Positions 7,733 to 17,921 are shown, numbered from the stretch's first letter. The stretch is DNA of 59,900 nt from Candidatus Uhrbacteria bacterium GW2011_GWF2_39_13 (GCA_000993535.1 LBWG01000008.1:1-59900), one strand, 5' to 3'. Numbers and translations: made by a program. Notes: generated from the letters alone by a model not told the origin.

Positions 7733-9132
7733 TTTTCTTCAGTATGTTGTTGCAATGTTTTAAATTTTTGAAGTTTTCTATTAAGCGATTGTTCCAGTTT
7801 TGTCATTGCTGTTTCAGGAGTGTCAAGCCCATTCCATACTCTGCTGGAAACATTATTAAAGCCTGCAAACAGTTCCTGCAGGTGAGGTACTCTGGGAATT
7901 GGAGAAAGAAGTTTCATCATCTTCAGCAGTATTGGATAATTTTCCGGTTTTCCTGTGTGCAACGAAACAGCTTCCTGAGCATAACGATAATCTGAAGGCA
8001 AACATTCAAAGGACATAGCCAATTGAAAGTCACGGCTCAGAAAAATTTTTGCAAGTTTCCATGCCGCATCAGGATATTTAGTATTTTTAGCGATAACGAT
8101 TCCCTGGCTGGATGCCCACTGAGTCTTTTTGCTGATTTTGGGATTCATGACTATATCCCAATCAATATCTTTAAACCGGGTTTTGATGAAAAACAAATCC
8201 CAGGTGCAAAAGTACATCATGGCGACCCTTTCCTGAGAAAAATAACTGTACCTGTCAAGGCCTTGCTGCTGTTCATCTTCCGGTCTTGGGGTTACACGCC
8301 ATTTCTGCTGTAGCTCAAGATTGATCTTGAAGTAATTGATCATATTGGGAGTATTGCACAGGATTTTTTTCCCGTCTTCGCTGATTACCTGGGCACCGAA
8401 AAGAGAATAGTCCAAACGTCCACGGAAACCGAAGCGGCTAATCCTCCCGGATTTATCAACCACTGTCAATTTGCGCGCATTTTCTAAGAAGTCCTCGTAA
8501 GTCCAGTTGTCACGGGGATATGCCAGTCCGGCTTTGCGGAATAATTTTTTATTATATGCCAGAAATTTCAGGTCAATTCCATAGGGGATGCCATAAATAT
8601 GTCCGTCTTGAGTATACCACCGGACCACAGTAGATTCGTAGTTGGCCAAATCAATATCTTTATCTGTTTTCAGGCGTTCTGAAATGTCCATGAAGACTCC
8701 ACGATCTGCAAATTCAGAAAAACTTTGTCCCATCCACATCAGATCAGGTCCTATATTGCCAACAATCATAAGGAGTAATTTTTGGTAATAATTCCCTGCG
8801 ATATCCCTGAGTTCGACCTTGATGTCAGGATTTTTCACTTCAAACCGCTTGATAAGCTCCATATAGATTTTTGTAGTCTCTTGTCCGGCAGGCACCGCCA
8901 CAACCAATTTAATTTTTCGACTGTCGCTAATTCCTATTTTCCCTGATTGGGAAAAAATATAAACAGTAACGGAAATATAAATTAACAGCAATAAGAAAAT
9001 AATCCCTCTGGAAACTAATTTTTCCCGGTCATATGAATAAAAAAAGGAGCCTTCTTTAAGATGGAAAAATGACAGCGCTTTTTTCAGCCCAGCTCTCAAT
9101 GTTCCTGAAGACGGTTTTTCATTCATTGCCAT
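7729..9132 (-). CDS. extracellular solute-binding protein (family 1, sugar ABC importer), membrane-anchored
   Basis: 467 aa, with SBP_bac_1-like composition and its position upstream of two CUT1 permeases. The N-terminus has a single hydrophobic helix (GIIFLLLLIYISVTVYIF) and no lipobox Cys. Confidence 0.7.
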   Translation of the reverse strand: MAMNEKPSSGTLRAGLKKALSFFHLKEGSFFYSYDREKLVSRGIIFLLLLIYISVTVYIFSQSGKIGISDSRKIKLVVAVPAGQETTKIYMELIKRFEVKNPDIKVELRDIAGNYYQKLLLMIVGNIGPDLMWMGQSFSEFADRGVFMDISERLKTDKDIDLANYESTVVRWYTQDGHIYGIPYGIDLKFLAYNKKLFRKAGLAYPRDNWTYEDFLENARKLTVVDKSGRISRFGFRGRLDYSLFGAQVISEDGKKILCNTPNMINYFKINLELQQKWRVTPRPEDEQQQGLDRYSYFSQERVAMMYFCTWDLFFIKTRFKDIDWDIVMNPKISKKTQWASSQGIVIAKNTKYPDAAWKLAKIFLSRDFQLAMSFECLPSDYRYAQEAVSLHTGKPENYPILLKMMKLLSPIPRVPHLQELFAGFNNVSSRVWNGLDTPETAMTKLEQSLNRKLQKFKTLQQHTEEK

Positions 9133-9160
9133 TTTTCATTCTCTCAGTATGAAATATTCT

Positions 9161-10147
9161 CTACCATTTTACGATGACTCCAAGATACTTTTCCTGATTT
9201 AATGTAAGGGCATTGTAGACCTTTATAATGTCAGAGTAATCGAACCTGTGACTTATAAGGTCCTTTACAATTAGTTTTTTATTGCAAAGAAGCTTGATTA
9301 TTAAATTGATGTCATCCTGTCTGGTCCAGCATCCATGAAAAGAATTGTGAGGCAGAGTATTTCTTGCATGTGCGCCTATAATGGAAATTCCTCTGTAATG
9401 GATGTCAGAATAAAAATTTATTTTACTCTCTTCGTCCCGAGGAGAGCCTAACAGTATAATTTTTCCCATATCTTTAACGATTTTAGATGCTTCTAAAATA
9501 GCAGAGGAAGTTTCCACCGCGACAATTACAATATCAGCATATTTATCTGAAATAAGCGTCCTGATTTTTTCCTGTAAATTATCCTTTGAGACATTTATGC
9601 TGTAATCCGCCCCTGACGACAGGGCGGTTTTCAATCTCAGGTCGGATATATCAACGGCAATCACCGGAAATGCTCCATTCATCCGGGCAAAACGTGTTGC
9701 CAAAAGTCCGATAAGGCCCTGTCCTATGATAGCTATCTTACTTCCCAATTCGATATTTGATTTTCTTATTCCCTGAAGGGAAATGGAAGCCAGTAATGAA
9801 AAAACGGCATCTTCGGAAGACAAATTTTGGGGGATGTTAAATGAACTTTCTACCGGGACAATAACATGAGACGCGTGGATACCGTAGGAAACAACACGGT
9901 CCCCTATTTTCAGTGACTTTACATTTTTACCCTTTTTGATAATTTCACCGGCGTTTAAATATCCCGGAAACACGGGAAATTGTTTCTTTGTGTTGGGCGC
10001 TCCCCGTAAAATCGCTATTTCTGTCCCTGAACTGATCAAGGTATTTACAGTCTTAACTAGAATTTCATTTTCTTTCAATTCCGGAATTTTGAATTTTTCA
10101 ATATCAACTTTTCCTTTTTCCGGAAAAACAACTCTGTATCCGTTCAT
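9161..10147 (-). CDS. medium-chain dehydrogenase/reductase (zinc-type ADH fold, apparently without the catalytic Zn Cys/His ligands)
   Basis: 328 aa. It has a GroES-like N-terminal domain and the Rossmann motif IAIIGQGLIGLL. SSGTE and PGYLNAGE occupy the positions of the usual C..GTD and GHE motifs. Confidence 0.65.
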   Translation of the reverse strand: MNGYRVVFPEKGKVDIEKFKIPELKENEILVKTVNTLISSGTEIAILRGAPNTKKQFPVFPGYLNAGEIIKKGKNVKSLKIGDRVVSYGIHASHVIVPVESSFNIPQNLSSEDAVFSLLASISLQGIRKSNIELGSKIAIIGQGLIGLLATRFARMNGAFPVIAVDISDLRLKTALSSGADYSINVSKDNLQEKIRTLISDKYADIVIVAVETSSAILEASKIVKDMGKIILLGSPRDEESKINFYSDIHYRGISIIGAHARNTLPHNSFHGCWTRQDDINLIIKLLCNKKLIVKDLISHRFDYSDIIKVYNALTLNQEKYLGVIVKW

Positions 10148-10201
10148 TTTGGTTCTCCTTTTTTCATTTTTTTAAAGTTTGCAATGTCACATGTATTTCT
10201 G

Positions 10202-11878
10202 TCATAATTTCCCGCATGCTTTCAACAGCAATTCGACATCACTCTCTTTCGGGTCATTCACTAAAAGCAACGCCAGGTCCAAAAGCGTAAATGATGTATT
10301 CGAAATCAAATCTACTTGATTATGTCCGGTTTTAAGTAATTTTGCAGGTACACTGTAACTTGTCAGGTCGCCGTCTCTGGTCATGAAATCGATAATTTCA
10401 CCATTGATTTTTACAGTCAAATCTGAAGGAACTATATTCCTGCTGTAAAAAAACATTACTCCGAACATCTTATCATTATTGATTTTTCCCAGATATATCG
10501 GCAAAGAAAGAGTGCTTTGCGGAGATAATGTTATTGGTGTTACCGGAGTAAGCAACGGTAGATTTCTGTACTGAACCCCTCCCTTCAAATAATTTCCGGG
10601 ACTGGCCTTGAGATATGAAACAAAGTGAAGTTTATTTTTTGTAGAAAGTATTTCAGGACTGTCAATTTCGCATAAATAGCGTTTTATTCGCAATTTGTTT
10701 AAATCGGCTTCATTGAAAATATAAATTCCCCCAACGCCACCGGCCCAGGCTTCAGCGGCACGAGCCCTGTATCCCAAAAGGGTACGGCGCAGCAGCAATT
10801 CATGTTCTTTTTCTTTAGAGTGATAACTTCGAATTCGCGGCTCTTCAAGCCCGGCATAAATTTTAACATTGTACTTTCGGCATGCATTTACCATATAATC
10901 CCATGCGTTTAAATTGAAGTATCCTCCGGCAATTATAATATCCACTATTTTTTTTTGCATCCAGTGCTCCAGATCAATTCCGATTTCTTTACAGTATGGG
11001 ATAGAATCAGGGACCCGGACAGCTAACAATACAGCCCTGCCCTTTTTAATACTGACACGTTCAGTCATGTCATGAATTTTTTGAATAGTTTCGCTGAGCA
11101 TAGCCCGTTCCAGATCTCCAGCCTGACCGCCAAGCACTACTTTTTTAAATAAGTAAAGGTGACGGAAAAAATCCAGTTCTACTCCATCCACGTCATAATT
11201 TTCACAGACCTCACTAACGTATTTAACGAGTAATTCACGGATTTCCGGGTACTCGAAGTTAACAGCGCTCCACCGTCCGAACGGTAATTGCTGACCACAC
11301 TCCCCCATTAAATATTCAGGATGCTTTTCTTTTAATTTCAGCCAATAAGGCCATGGCTTGTCAGGACGATGAACAAAGTCGTGAGTATCATTTATGCGTA
11401 AAGACCACCATATTTCAAACCCGTTGGCGTGAGCAAATTTAACGACTTCCTTCAAAGGATCGGTTTTTAATTTGATGAATTCTGACGTGGCGTTGATATA
11501 TTTCGATGTCGAATGCGGCTGAGACATAGATTCACCGACTTTAGTGGAATGCATGAAAAGTCCGAATGTCCCGGTAGAATACGAAATAGTATTTACATGG
11601 GAATCTTTTAATTTGGCAATGCGCAGTTCAAAAAACTTATCTATACTGAAGGGTAATTTATCTTGAGGATAAGCACGGACATCATCGCCATCGTCATTGA
11701 AAATAATCGCACGATGGCGTTCAAGGGCTTGCTGACGCAGTTCCGAATATTCAGTTTTTGCCGCAGATGTTTTCTGTGTGGCCTCTTGAGAGGATAAATT
11801 CCAAGACAGTGTAGCTGATAAGACAAAAATGAAGCTGAAATTATTTAAAACTTTAAATTTTTCTTTACAATTTAGCAT
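10202..11878 (-). CDS. secreted TIM-barrel glycoside-hydrolase-like protein (family not assignable by eye)
   Basis: The track ORF extends to 11944. I prefer the ATG at 11876-11878 (MLNCKEKFKVLNNFSFIFVLSATLSWNLSSQE, signal-peptide-like), which is preceded by AGAGGT (complement of 11884-11889) with a 5-nt spacer. ...ANGFEIWWSLRINDTHD...VDGVELDFFRH... resembles GH-like (beta/alpha)8 proteins. Confidence 0.45.
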   Translation of the reverse strand: MLNCKEKFKVLNNFSFIFVLSATLSWNLSSQEATQKTSAAKTEYSELRQQALERHRAIIFNDDGDDVRAYPQDKLPFSIDKFFELRIAKLKDSHVNTISYSTGTFGLFMHSTKVGESMSQPHSTSKYINATSEFIKLKTDPLKEVVKFAHANGFEIWWSLRINDTHDFVHRPDKPWPYWLKLKEKHPEYLMGECGQQLPFGRWSAVNFEYPEIRELLVKYVSEVCENYDVDGVELDFFRHLYLFKKVVLGGQAGDLERAMLSETIQKIHDMTERVSIKKGRAVLLAVRVPDSIPYCKEIGIDLEHWMQKKIVDIIIAGGYFNLNAWDYMVNACRKYNVKIYAGLEEPRIRSYHSKEKEHELLLRRTLLGYRARAAEAWAGGVGGIYIFNEADLNKLRIKRYLCEIDSPEILSTKNKLHFVSYLKASPGNYLKGGVQYRNLPLLTPVTPITLSPQSTLSLPIYLGKINNDKMFGVMFFYSRNIVPSDLTVKINGEIIDFMTRDGDLTSYSVPAKLLKTGHNQVDLISNTSFTLLDLALLLVNDPKESDVELLLKACGKL

Positions 11879-12014
11879 TTCTAACCTCTGTTGAAATATT
11901 CTTTTGTTGCACAGTAAACAATCATATTGTTTATTATATAACAATAAAAAATAAAAAACAAGATAATAATCAAAAACTCTTTAACAAAAATATTATAAAT
12001 TCTAATGATTTATA

Positions 12015-13343
12015 TCAATTGAGCCTCTTAAAGCCGGAATGAGCTACTGGTCCTCTTAATTTTTCTGAAATTTTATCAACTTTCATATCATGAGATATTT
12101 GGGAAAAGACAACTTCTACCGCTTCAGAATAGAGTTTCACTATAGTTTCGGTATGCGCCAAGGTAGGATAGAGAAACGGGGTAGCCAGAAAACCTTGTTT
12201 CAGCATATATTGCACAAAAAGTGTTTTTAATTCATTCTCTTTTTCATGCTTGAAATTAAACTTTGCGAAACATGGGGAACATTCTGGAATTACTATAGGC
12301 AATGAATATTTCTGTGCGCTGTTTTTCCACGAAGAAACTACAGTATTGCCGATTTTTGCCACATATTCGGGAATATTGATGCGGCTCATTTTATCAAGGA
12401 CCGAAAGCGCGGCAGCCGGCCCTGTTCTTTCTGTCCAGTAGGTACTGCTGATAAAAGATTTCTGTGCGCCTTCCATTGCATTGGCTGTTCCTATGACTGC
12501 ACCGATAGGATGTCCGTTTCCAAGTGCTTTTGCAAAAACAGCCATGTCAGGATTCACCCCAAGTTTCAGATGTGAACCTCCAAAGCATAAACGCCAGCCT
12601 ATTGTTATCTCATCAAATATCAGGACAGTTCCATTCTTTTCTGTGATTTCCCTTATCTTTTCAAGAAAATTATTTTCCGGCATGGAATATTTGCATGGCT
12701 CCATAACAACAGCCGCAAGACGCTTACCGTATTTCTTTACAATATTTTCAAACTGTTCCATATTGTTATAAGAAAAAGCAACTGTTGTGTTTCGAAGTTC
12801 CACTGGTACTCCGATAGGCTCAAGCCCTGGAAGCAGATGCCCTCTGAGGCTGTCATCAGCGCCTAGATTTGCGGCCAGATACCAGTCGTGCCATCCGTGA
12901 TAACCGCATACGGCGATAACTGATCTATCGGTGCTGGCCCTGGCGATGCGAACAGCTACAGTCATTGCTTCGCCGCCTGACCTTGTAAAACGAACATTCT
13001 CAGCCCATGGATGTATTCCGCACAATTTGTCCGCAAGATATACTTCTTCGGGCGGATTTAAAGAACACATCGAACCGTTGTCAATTGAGGATTTCACAGC
13101 ATTGCTTACATCAATATCATTAAACCCCAGAAGGCACGCGCCAATACCATTTGTTGACATATCATAATAGTGATTTCCGTCCAAATCCCAGACTTCGCAA
13201 CCGGATGCTTTGCTGTAATATGCTGGCCATTGTCCGGGAGCATACAGTTCAGGCCTTTTGCTCAACAACTGTGTGCCGCCTGGAATTATTTTTTTTGCAT
13301 GTTCATAAAGCTCCTGCGTTACAGGTGATTTGTTTTCATTCAT
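12015..13343 (-). CDS. class-III PLP-dependent aminotransferase (glutamate-1-semialdehyde aminomutase-like)
   Basis: 442 aa. ...IIPGGTQLLSKRPE..., FDEITIGWR and the PLP-lysine context AVFAKALGNGHPIGAV are typical of class-III aminotransferases. Confidence 0.8.
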   Translation of the reverse strand: MNENKSPVTQELYEHAKKIIPGGTQLLSKRPELYAPGQWPAYYSKASGCEVWDLDGNHYYDMSTNGIGACLLGFNDIDVSNAVKSSIDNGSMCSLNPPEEVYLADKLCGIHPWAENVRFTRSGGEAMTVAVRIARASTDRSVIAVCGYHGWHDWYLAANLGADDSLRGHLLPGLEPIGVPVELRNTTVAFSYNNMEQFENIVKKYGKRLAAVVMEPCKYSMPENNFLEKIREITEKNGTVLIFDEITIGWRLCFGGSHLKLGVNPDMAVFAKALGNGHPIGAVIGTANAMEGAQKSFISSTYWTERTGPAAALSVLDKMSRINIPEYVAKIGNTVVSSWKNSAQKYSLPIVIPECSPCFAKFNFKHEKENELKTLFVQYMLKQGFLATPFLYPTLAHTETIVKLYSEAVEVVFSQISHDMKVDKISEKLRGPVAHSGFKRLN

Positions 13344-14346
13344 GTTTTGTTTTTCCCTTCATCTTTAAACATTTGAAAAAAGATTGTGCATTATTATAAA
13401 AAATATCTTTAATGGCTTCCGGCCCTAATCCCAATATTTCAGCAGCCTGCCGTTGCGCCCGCAATTGTTCATATATGACAAAAGTTGGTTCAGGATTGCA
13501 ATGTTCCAGAGATACATTTCCCTTGTAACCTTCCCATGCATGCGCATAAGTGATATATTTGCCTCTCATGCAGCCGGCGGCGACATTGTCGGATCCGAAC
13601 ATTATCCTCTTTATATTTTCATGTCTGAGCAAAATTATATGAGAATATAAATCATTTACAGCGGAAGTATCATACCATATATTGGGTATATCTTTAAGTT
13701 CGTGTATTGCCTTTTCAAGAGTAAAAGGATTGAATGCCCTTGCGCAGTGGGCAAGTACCCATTGCACAAGTGGATACTTTTTTGTATATTCGCGCAGATC
13801 ATTCAAGTTATATTTATCGTTTATTCCTGACTTTTTTGAAATGTGCAGGACTATTCCCAACGCAAGTGAGTTTGCCATATCAATTACAGGTTCGGGAAGA
13901 AAATCTTTTATACGGGAGTTGGCTGGATCCTTCGCAAAAACACGATATGGTTTTAATATTTTAAAAGCATATTTCTTAACTTGTTTTTCCAGATAATCAG
14001 GACTCATTTCAGGTGTTACAACCATGCCGGCATAAGATTTTTTTTCTTTGATTACCTCCCCGGCAACCCACGAGTTATGAGCGTCCATGTCAATATTTTT
14101 CAGCGGCGTTCCCAATGCCAGAAAATCTATCTGTCGGTCAGGAAAGATTTTTTCAGAAATTTTTCTGAGTGTTTTCATGTTCACTTCCATACGCAATGGC
14201 GAAGTATTATTCCGGTTTCTCCCTTTGTGTTTTTCCGCCCAAAGGTGCGTATGAAAGTCAAAAATGCGGCTGGGAACAAAATTTTCCAATTCAGTTTCCC
14301 ATATAGCTCTGTCGATATTACGAATATTAAAGGAAGTGTTTTTCAT
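13336..14346 (-). CDS. amidohydrolase-2 family metal-dependent hydrolase (TIM barrel)
   Basis: IFDFHTHLW, LAHCARAF, WYDTSAV and IMFGSDN motifs are present. I prefer the start at ATG 14344-14346 (MKNTSF...), which removes the 26-nt overlap with the SDR gene implied by the track ORF. Confidence 0.7.
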   Translation of the reverse strand: MKNTSFNIRNIDRAIWETELENFVPSRIFDFHTHLWAEKHKGRNRNNTSPLRMEVNMKTLRKISEKIFPDRQIDFLALGTPLKNIDMDAHNSWVAGEVIKEKKSYAGMVVTPEMSPDYLEKQVKKYAFKILKPYRVFAKDPANSRIKDFLPEPVIDMANSLALGIVLHISKKSGINDKYNLNDLREYTKKYPLVQWVLAHCARAFNPFTLEKAIHELKDIPNIWYDTSAVNDLYSHIILLRHENIKRIMFGSDNVAAGCMRGKYITYAHAWEGYKGNVSLEHCNPEPTFVIYEQLRAQRQAAEILGLGPEAIKDIFYNNAQSFFKCLKMKGKTKHE

Positions 14347-14353
14347 AATTGCT

Positions 14354-15142
14354 CTATTTTGCGGTATATCCGCCGTCAACTGGTATATTGGTACCGGTTA
14401 TATACAATGACGCGTCAGATGCAAGGAATACCAGTATCCCTTTCAAATCGCTTGCATTTGCCATCCTTCCAAGCTGGGTCCTGCCGCTGTAATTTTTCAC
14501 AAAGACAGGATCGTGCGTTTTCTCAAGAAGCCCTCCGGGAGAAATGCAGTTTACTCTTATGTTGTATTGGCCTAATATACTTGCGGCCCAGCGGGTAAAA
14601 TTTATCATGCCGCCTTTCTCGTAAAAATAAATCGGAGACGGATTTGGATGCATATCGGTGCCTTCATAGTTTGCCATTTCAACTCCTACCATTCCCATCA
14701 TTGAAGCGATGTTTATGATTGAACCGTTTTCCTGCTTTTTCATTTCATCGCCAAAAACGCGTGTAATAGTAAAAAGAGCGGATGCGTTGACATGGAGGCT
14801 TCTGTCAAAATCCTCCATTTTCTGCTCCCATCCATTCATGGCGCAACGGATTACAGCGTTATTAATAAGGACATCTATTTTGCCGCTTCGGCTTATGATA
14901 TTGTCCCTGAGTTCCATTATGGAATTTTCAGATTCCAAATTAAGTTTCATTGCGATGACATTGTATCCTCTTGAATTTTCCTCGGCGGCTACTTTTCCCA
15001 AGGCCACGATATTTCTTGACGCGATGTAAGTTTCAGCTCCCGCTTCCGCCAAAGCGGACACGAACTGACGCCCGTATTTCCCCGCCCCTCCGGTCAGCAA
15101 TGCGACTTTTCCCTTGAGAGAAAAACTTTCCATGACATTCAT
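14354..15142 (-). CDS. SDR-family oxidoreductase
   Basis: 262 aa. Cofactor motif KVALLTGGAGKYGRQF, plus NNAV and IRVNCISPGG motifs. Confidence 0.85.
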   Translation of the reverse strand: MNVMESFSLKGKVALLTGGAGKYGRQFVSALAEAGAETYIASRNIVALGKVAAEENSRGYNVIAMKLNLESENSIMELRDNIISRSGKIDVLINNAVIRCAMNGWEQKMEDFDRSLHVNASALFTITRVFGDEMKKQENGSIINIASMMGMVGVEMANYEGTDMHPNPSPIYFYEKGGMINFTRWAASILGQYNIRVNCISPGGLLEKTHDPVFVKNYSGRTQLGRMANASDLKGILVFLASDASLYITGTNIPVDGGYTAK

Positions 15143-15165
15143 AGCTATCCTTATATTTAAGATAA

Positions 15166-16110
15166 TTAAATCCTGACAATTCGGCCGTTCTTTTCCCTGC
15201 TTTCAATCCCCCCTATGACAAGGCGCATCAGTTCATCAGTTTCGCTGAAGGCAAAGGGATATTCACCCGTCCGTAAAAAGTCGATGAAAGCCTGTAACTG
15301 TGCTTTGAAGGAATAAAAAGTGTCAAATGTTTTTATTGACACATTCCCATCTGTTCCGCATAGATTTAACGCGGCACCGTATTGCATATCTTTAATACAT
15401 GCAATAACTACATCAATGCCCTTGCGATGGGTTATGTGAACTATGTTGCGTTCGTAAGAACCAATATTTTGAATAGTTTCAAACCCTGGGCCGAGAATCG
15501 GATAGATGGCTTCAAGGGCATGAATGCCGTAGGTCTCCCACTTTTTCGCCATCGGCATGGAAATGAAACGGAGCTGTCCGAATTCTTCAGTCCTCATGTG
15601 ATAGGGTTTTATTTCCTTCGCATAACGCATCGCGCTTGAAGACATTATCGGTCTTTTCTCCTCAAGTATCCATTTTCTGAATGTTTCAAGGTCTCTTTTG
15701 TTATCGCAAAGAGGTTTGTCTATGAAGACGGGAATACCCGCTTCCACAAAAGATTTTGCCCTTTTTACATGTTCACTTCCTATATCAATACCAATAATAA
15801 CTCCATCAATGTTTCCAATGAAATCTTCCGGCTTATCAACTACATCCGGTATCAGTGAACATTTTGCAACGTGCTCCGCGTCGGATTTCTTATCGCAGAA
15901 TATATGGGTTACGTTCGATCCTTTTATTCTTAAAGTGTCTTTCGGTTCCTTGTTCAGATAAGCCGGGATTCCTGCGAACGGGCACTTTGCCATTTTTTCA
16001 GAATCATACCCGTTGAAAATAGCGCTCCAGGAATAAGGATGCCCATTGCCTTCGGTCATTCCTATCATTCCGAGTTTTATGTTTTCAGTATCTTTTACAA
16101 GAGCATTCAT
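15166..16110 (-). CDS. Gfo/Idh/MocA-family oxidoreductase
   Basis: 314 aa. The N-terminal Rossmann segment IKLGMIGMTEGNGHPYSWSAIFNGYD and the FIDKPL motif are characteristic of a Gfo/Idh/MocA subgroup. Confidence 0.7.
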   Translation of the reverse strand: MNALVKDTENIKLGMIGMTEGNGHPYSWSAIFNGYDSEKMAKCPFAGIPAYLNKEPKDTLRIKGSNVTHIFCDKKSDAEHVAKCSLIPDVVDKPEDFIGNIDGVIIGIDIGSEHVKRAKSFVEAGIPVFIDKPLCDNKRDLETFRKWILEEKRPIMSSSAMRYAKEIKPYHMRTEEFGQLRFISMPMAKKWETYGIHALEAIYPILGPGFETIQNIGSYERNIVHITHRKGIDVVIACIKDMQYGAALNLCGTDGNVSIKTFDTFYSFKAQLQAFIDFLRTGEYPFAFSETDELMRLVIGGIESREKNGRIVRI

Positions 16111-16129
16111 CCTGCCTCGTTTCAGGCTG

Positions 16130-16906
16130 TTATTTCATGAGACATGCGGCTTCGGCCAACTTTCTACCGACCGTTTTTGTTTTCTCTATCAGTTCTTTCT
16201 CCCTAGTCGGAGTATATCTGCATGCTGGATAAATAATACCTATGCAGGCACCGGCCCAGACATCCAGATGTTTGACGGGAACGGCAATACTGTGTATGCC
16301 CGCCTCCTTTTCTCCATGATCTGTCGAATACCCAGCCTCTTTTATTCTTTTGAGTTCTTTTTTAATTTCATCCACTTTTCTCCCGGTATTTTTCGCGGCT
16401 TCAAGCTGTGTTTTATCCTTGAAATATTTTACGATATATTCATCATCGTTATGTGCGAGGAGGCATTTTCCCAAGGCATCATAGAGGGTCGGCCTTGTTC
16501 TGCTTAGATCAACACTGCATCTTAACATGGAAAAAGCGTCCTCTGTATCCAGAAAAAACATATCGTAGGATTCTATGGCAGCCAAAACAGCTGTTTCTCC
16601 GGTTATATCCCTGAGTTCTTTCAGGAAGGGTATGGCCATTCTCCTGAAAGGCATGGCAGATTGCTTGCTCATTCCAAGCCTGAAAAGTTTTAATCCGAGC
16701 ATATATCTGACCGGGCTACTGGTCTTAATTATAAAACCGTTGTTTTCGAGTGTTTCCAAGATTCTGAACACTGAACTTTTCTCAAGCTTGAATATGGCCG
16801 AGATATCGCTCAGCCTTATGCCATCCGGATGCCTGCCTATTTCTTCGAGAAGCGACAACGCTTTAGCCACTGAATATATAGGGCCTGCCAAATCTTCTTT
16901 TTCCAT
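16130..16906 (-). CDS. IclR-family transcriptional regulator
   Basis: 258 aa. N-terminal wHTH (SVAKALSLLEEIGRHPDGIRLSDISAIFKLEKSSVFRILETLENNGFI) plus a C-terminal IclR effector-domain-like region. Confidence 0.85.
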   Translation of the reverse strand: MEKEDLAGPIYSVAKALSLLEEIGRHPDGIRLSDISAIFKLEKSSVFRILETLENNGFIIKTSSPVRYMLGLKLFRLGMSKQSAMPFRRMAIPFLKELRDITGETAVLAAIESYDMFFLDTEDAFSMLRCSVDLSRTRPTLYDALGKCLLAHNDDEYIVKYFKDKTQLEAAKNTGRKVDEIKKELKRIKEAGYSTDHGEKEAGIHSIAVPVKHLDVWAGACIGIIYPACRYTPTREKELIEKTKTVGRKLAEAACLMK

Positions 16907-16928
16907 AAAAATCTGTCTTTCTTGTTAA

Positions 16929-17921
16929 CTATTTTTCTATAATATACGGAGTTAAATACGGATTTGATAATTTTACTGCGTTTTTATTTCTCTTCAACTG
17001 AATGCTTTTTATTTTTTTGCCGCATTTAAGAGCAATGACAAGAACGCTTGAAGTCATTCCTACGACCTCGTCTATGGCGCTGAGTAGCAAGCTTAAGTCC
17101 ACATTTTCCACTATGGTATAATCAAATTCGTGTATTTGGGAATGTTTAGAGATAAAACTGTTTATAATGCCGTTCCTATGTCGAGGGTGAGGTTTTATTA
17201 AAATTCTCGCATCGCGGTAATTCATGTCGTTGAAGAAATATTCAACTGTGCTGAATTCATTGAAGCCTAGAAAAGGTCTTCCATCTTTCAAGCATCCCAA
17301 ATCTTCGTCCAGCGGCTCTAATGCCAGTAGAACAAGTTTTTTATTTAACGGATTTAGTTTTCCTCTGAAATCTTGTACAATTTTTTCAGACATATTCCTG
17401 ATTAATGAAACCGTTTTTTCAATGCCGCGATGTTCTGTAATTATAATATTTTCGAAGAATGAATTATCGTCTACAAACAATGAAAGCTCTTTTATCAGAT
17501 CGGCTTTGGCAATTTCGTCCATTATGAAAATCGTGTCAGTGAGATGTAGCCGCAAATCATCCCTGTCCTGAAAACAGTTTAAGTAATTGCCCCAGTAATC
17601 AAATAGAAAAACAGTATGCAATTTCTGGTTTTTACAAAAGTCAATCATTTGAAAGTTCAGCTTGAAATTAACCTGTGCGCATATTATTACGCAATCTCTT
17701 TTATTTTTTTCAGCTTTACTTCTGAAAGTTTTCGAGTCAATAAATGGCAAATTTTTTCCTTTTTTTTCCCTACACCAGCCATCGAAAATCCAAACTGTTT
17801 CTTTACCTTGTCTCGTCATGTCGTCATACATAGGCTCTGCCGCATAAAAAGCCCCTGGATCGCAGCAGTAAAAATAAATGCGCTTAAACCCCTCAAGAAA
17901 AATTTCATGATTTTTTCCCAT
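16929..17921 (-). CDS. hypothetical protein, possibly GT-B-like/Rossmann fold
   Basis: 330 aa. ILIKPHPRH and VVGMTSSVLVIALKCGKKI are reminiscent of C-terminal domains of GT-B-type transferases (TagF/KpsS-like). This is a weak, by-eye impression only. Confidence 0.3.
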   Translation of the reverse strand: MGKNHEIFLEGFKRIYFYCCDPGAFYAAEPMYDDMTRQGKETVWIFDGWCREKKGKNLPFIDSKTFRSKAEKNKRDCVIICAQVNFKLNFQMIDFCKNQKLHTVFLFDYWGNYLNCFQDRDDLRLHLTDTIFIMDEIAKADLIKELSLFVDDNSFFENIIITEHRGIEKTVSLIRNMSEKIVQDFRGKLNPLNKKLVLLALEPLDEDLGCLKDGRPFLGFNEFSTVEYFFNDMNYRDARILIKPHPRHRNGIINSFISKHSQIHEFDYTIVENVDLSLLLSAIDEVVGMTSSVLVIALKCGKKIKSIQLKRNKNAVKLSNPYLTPYIIEK

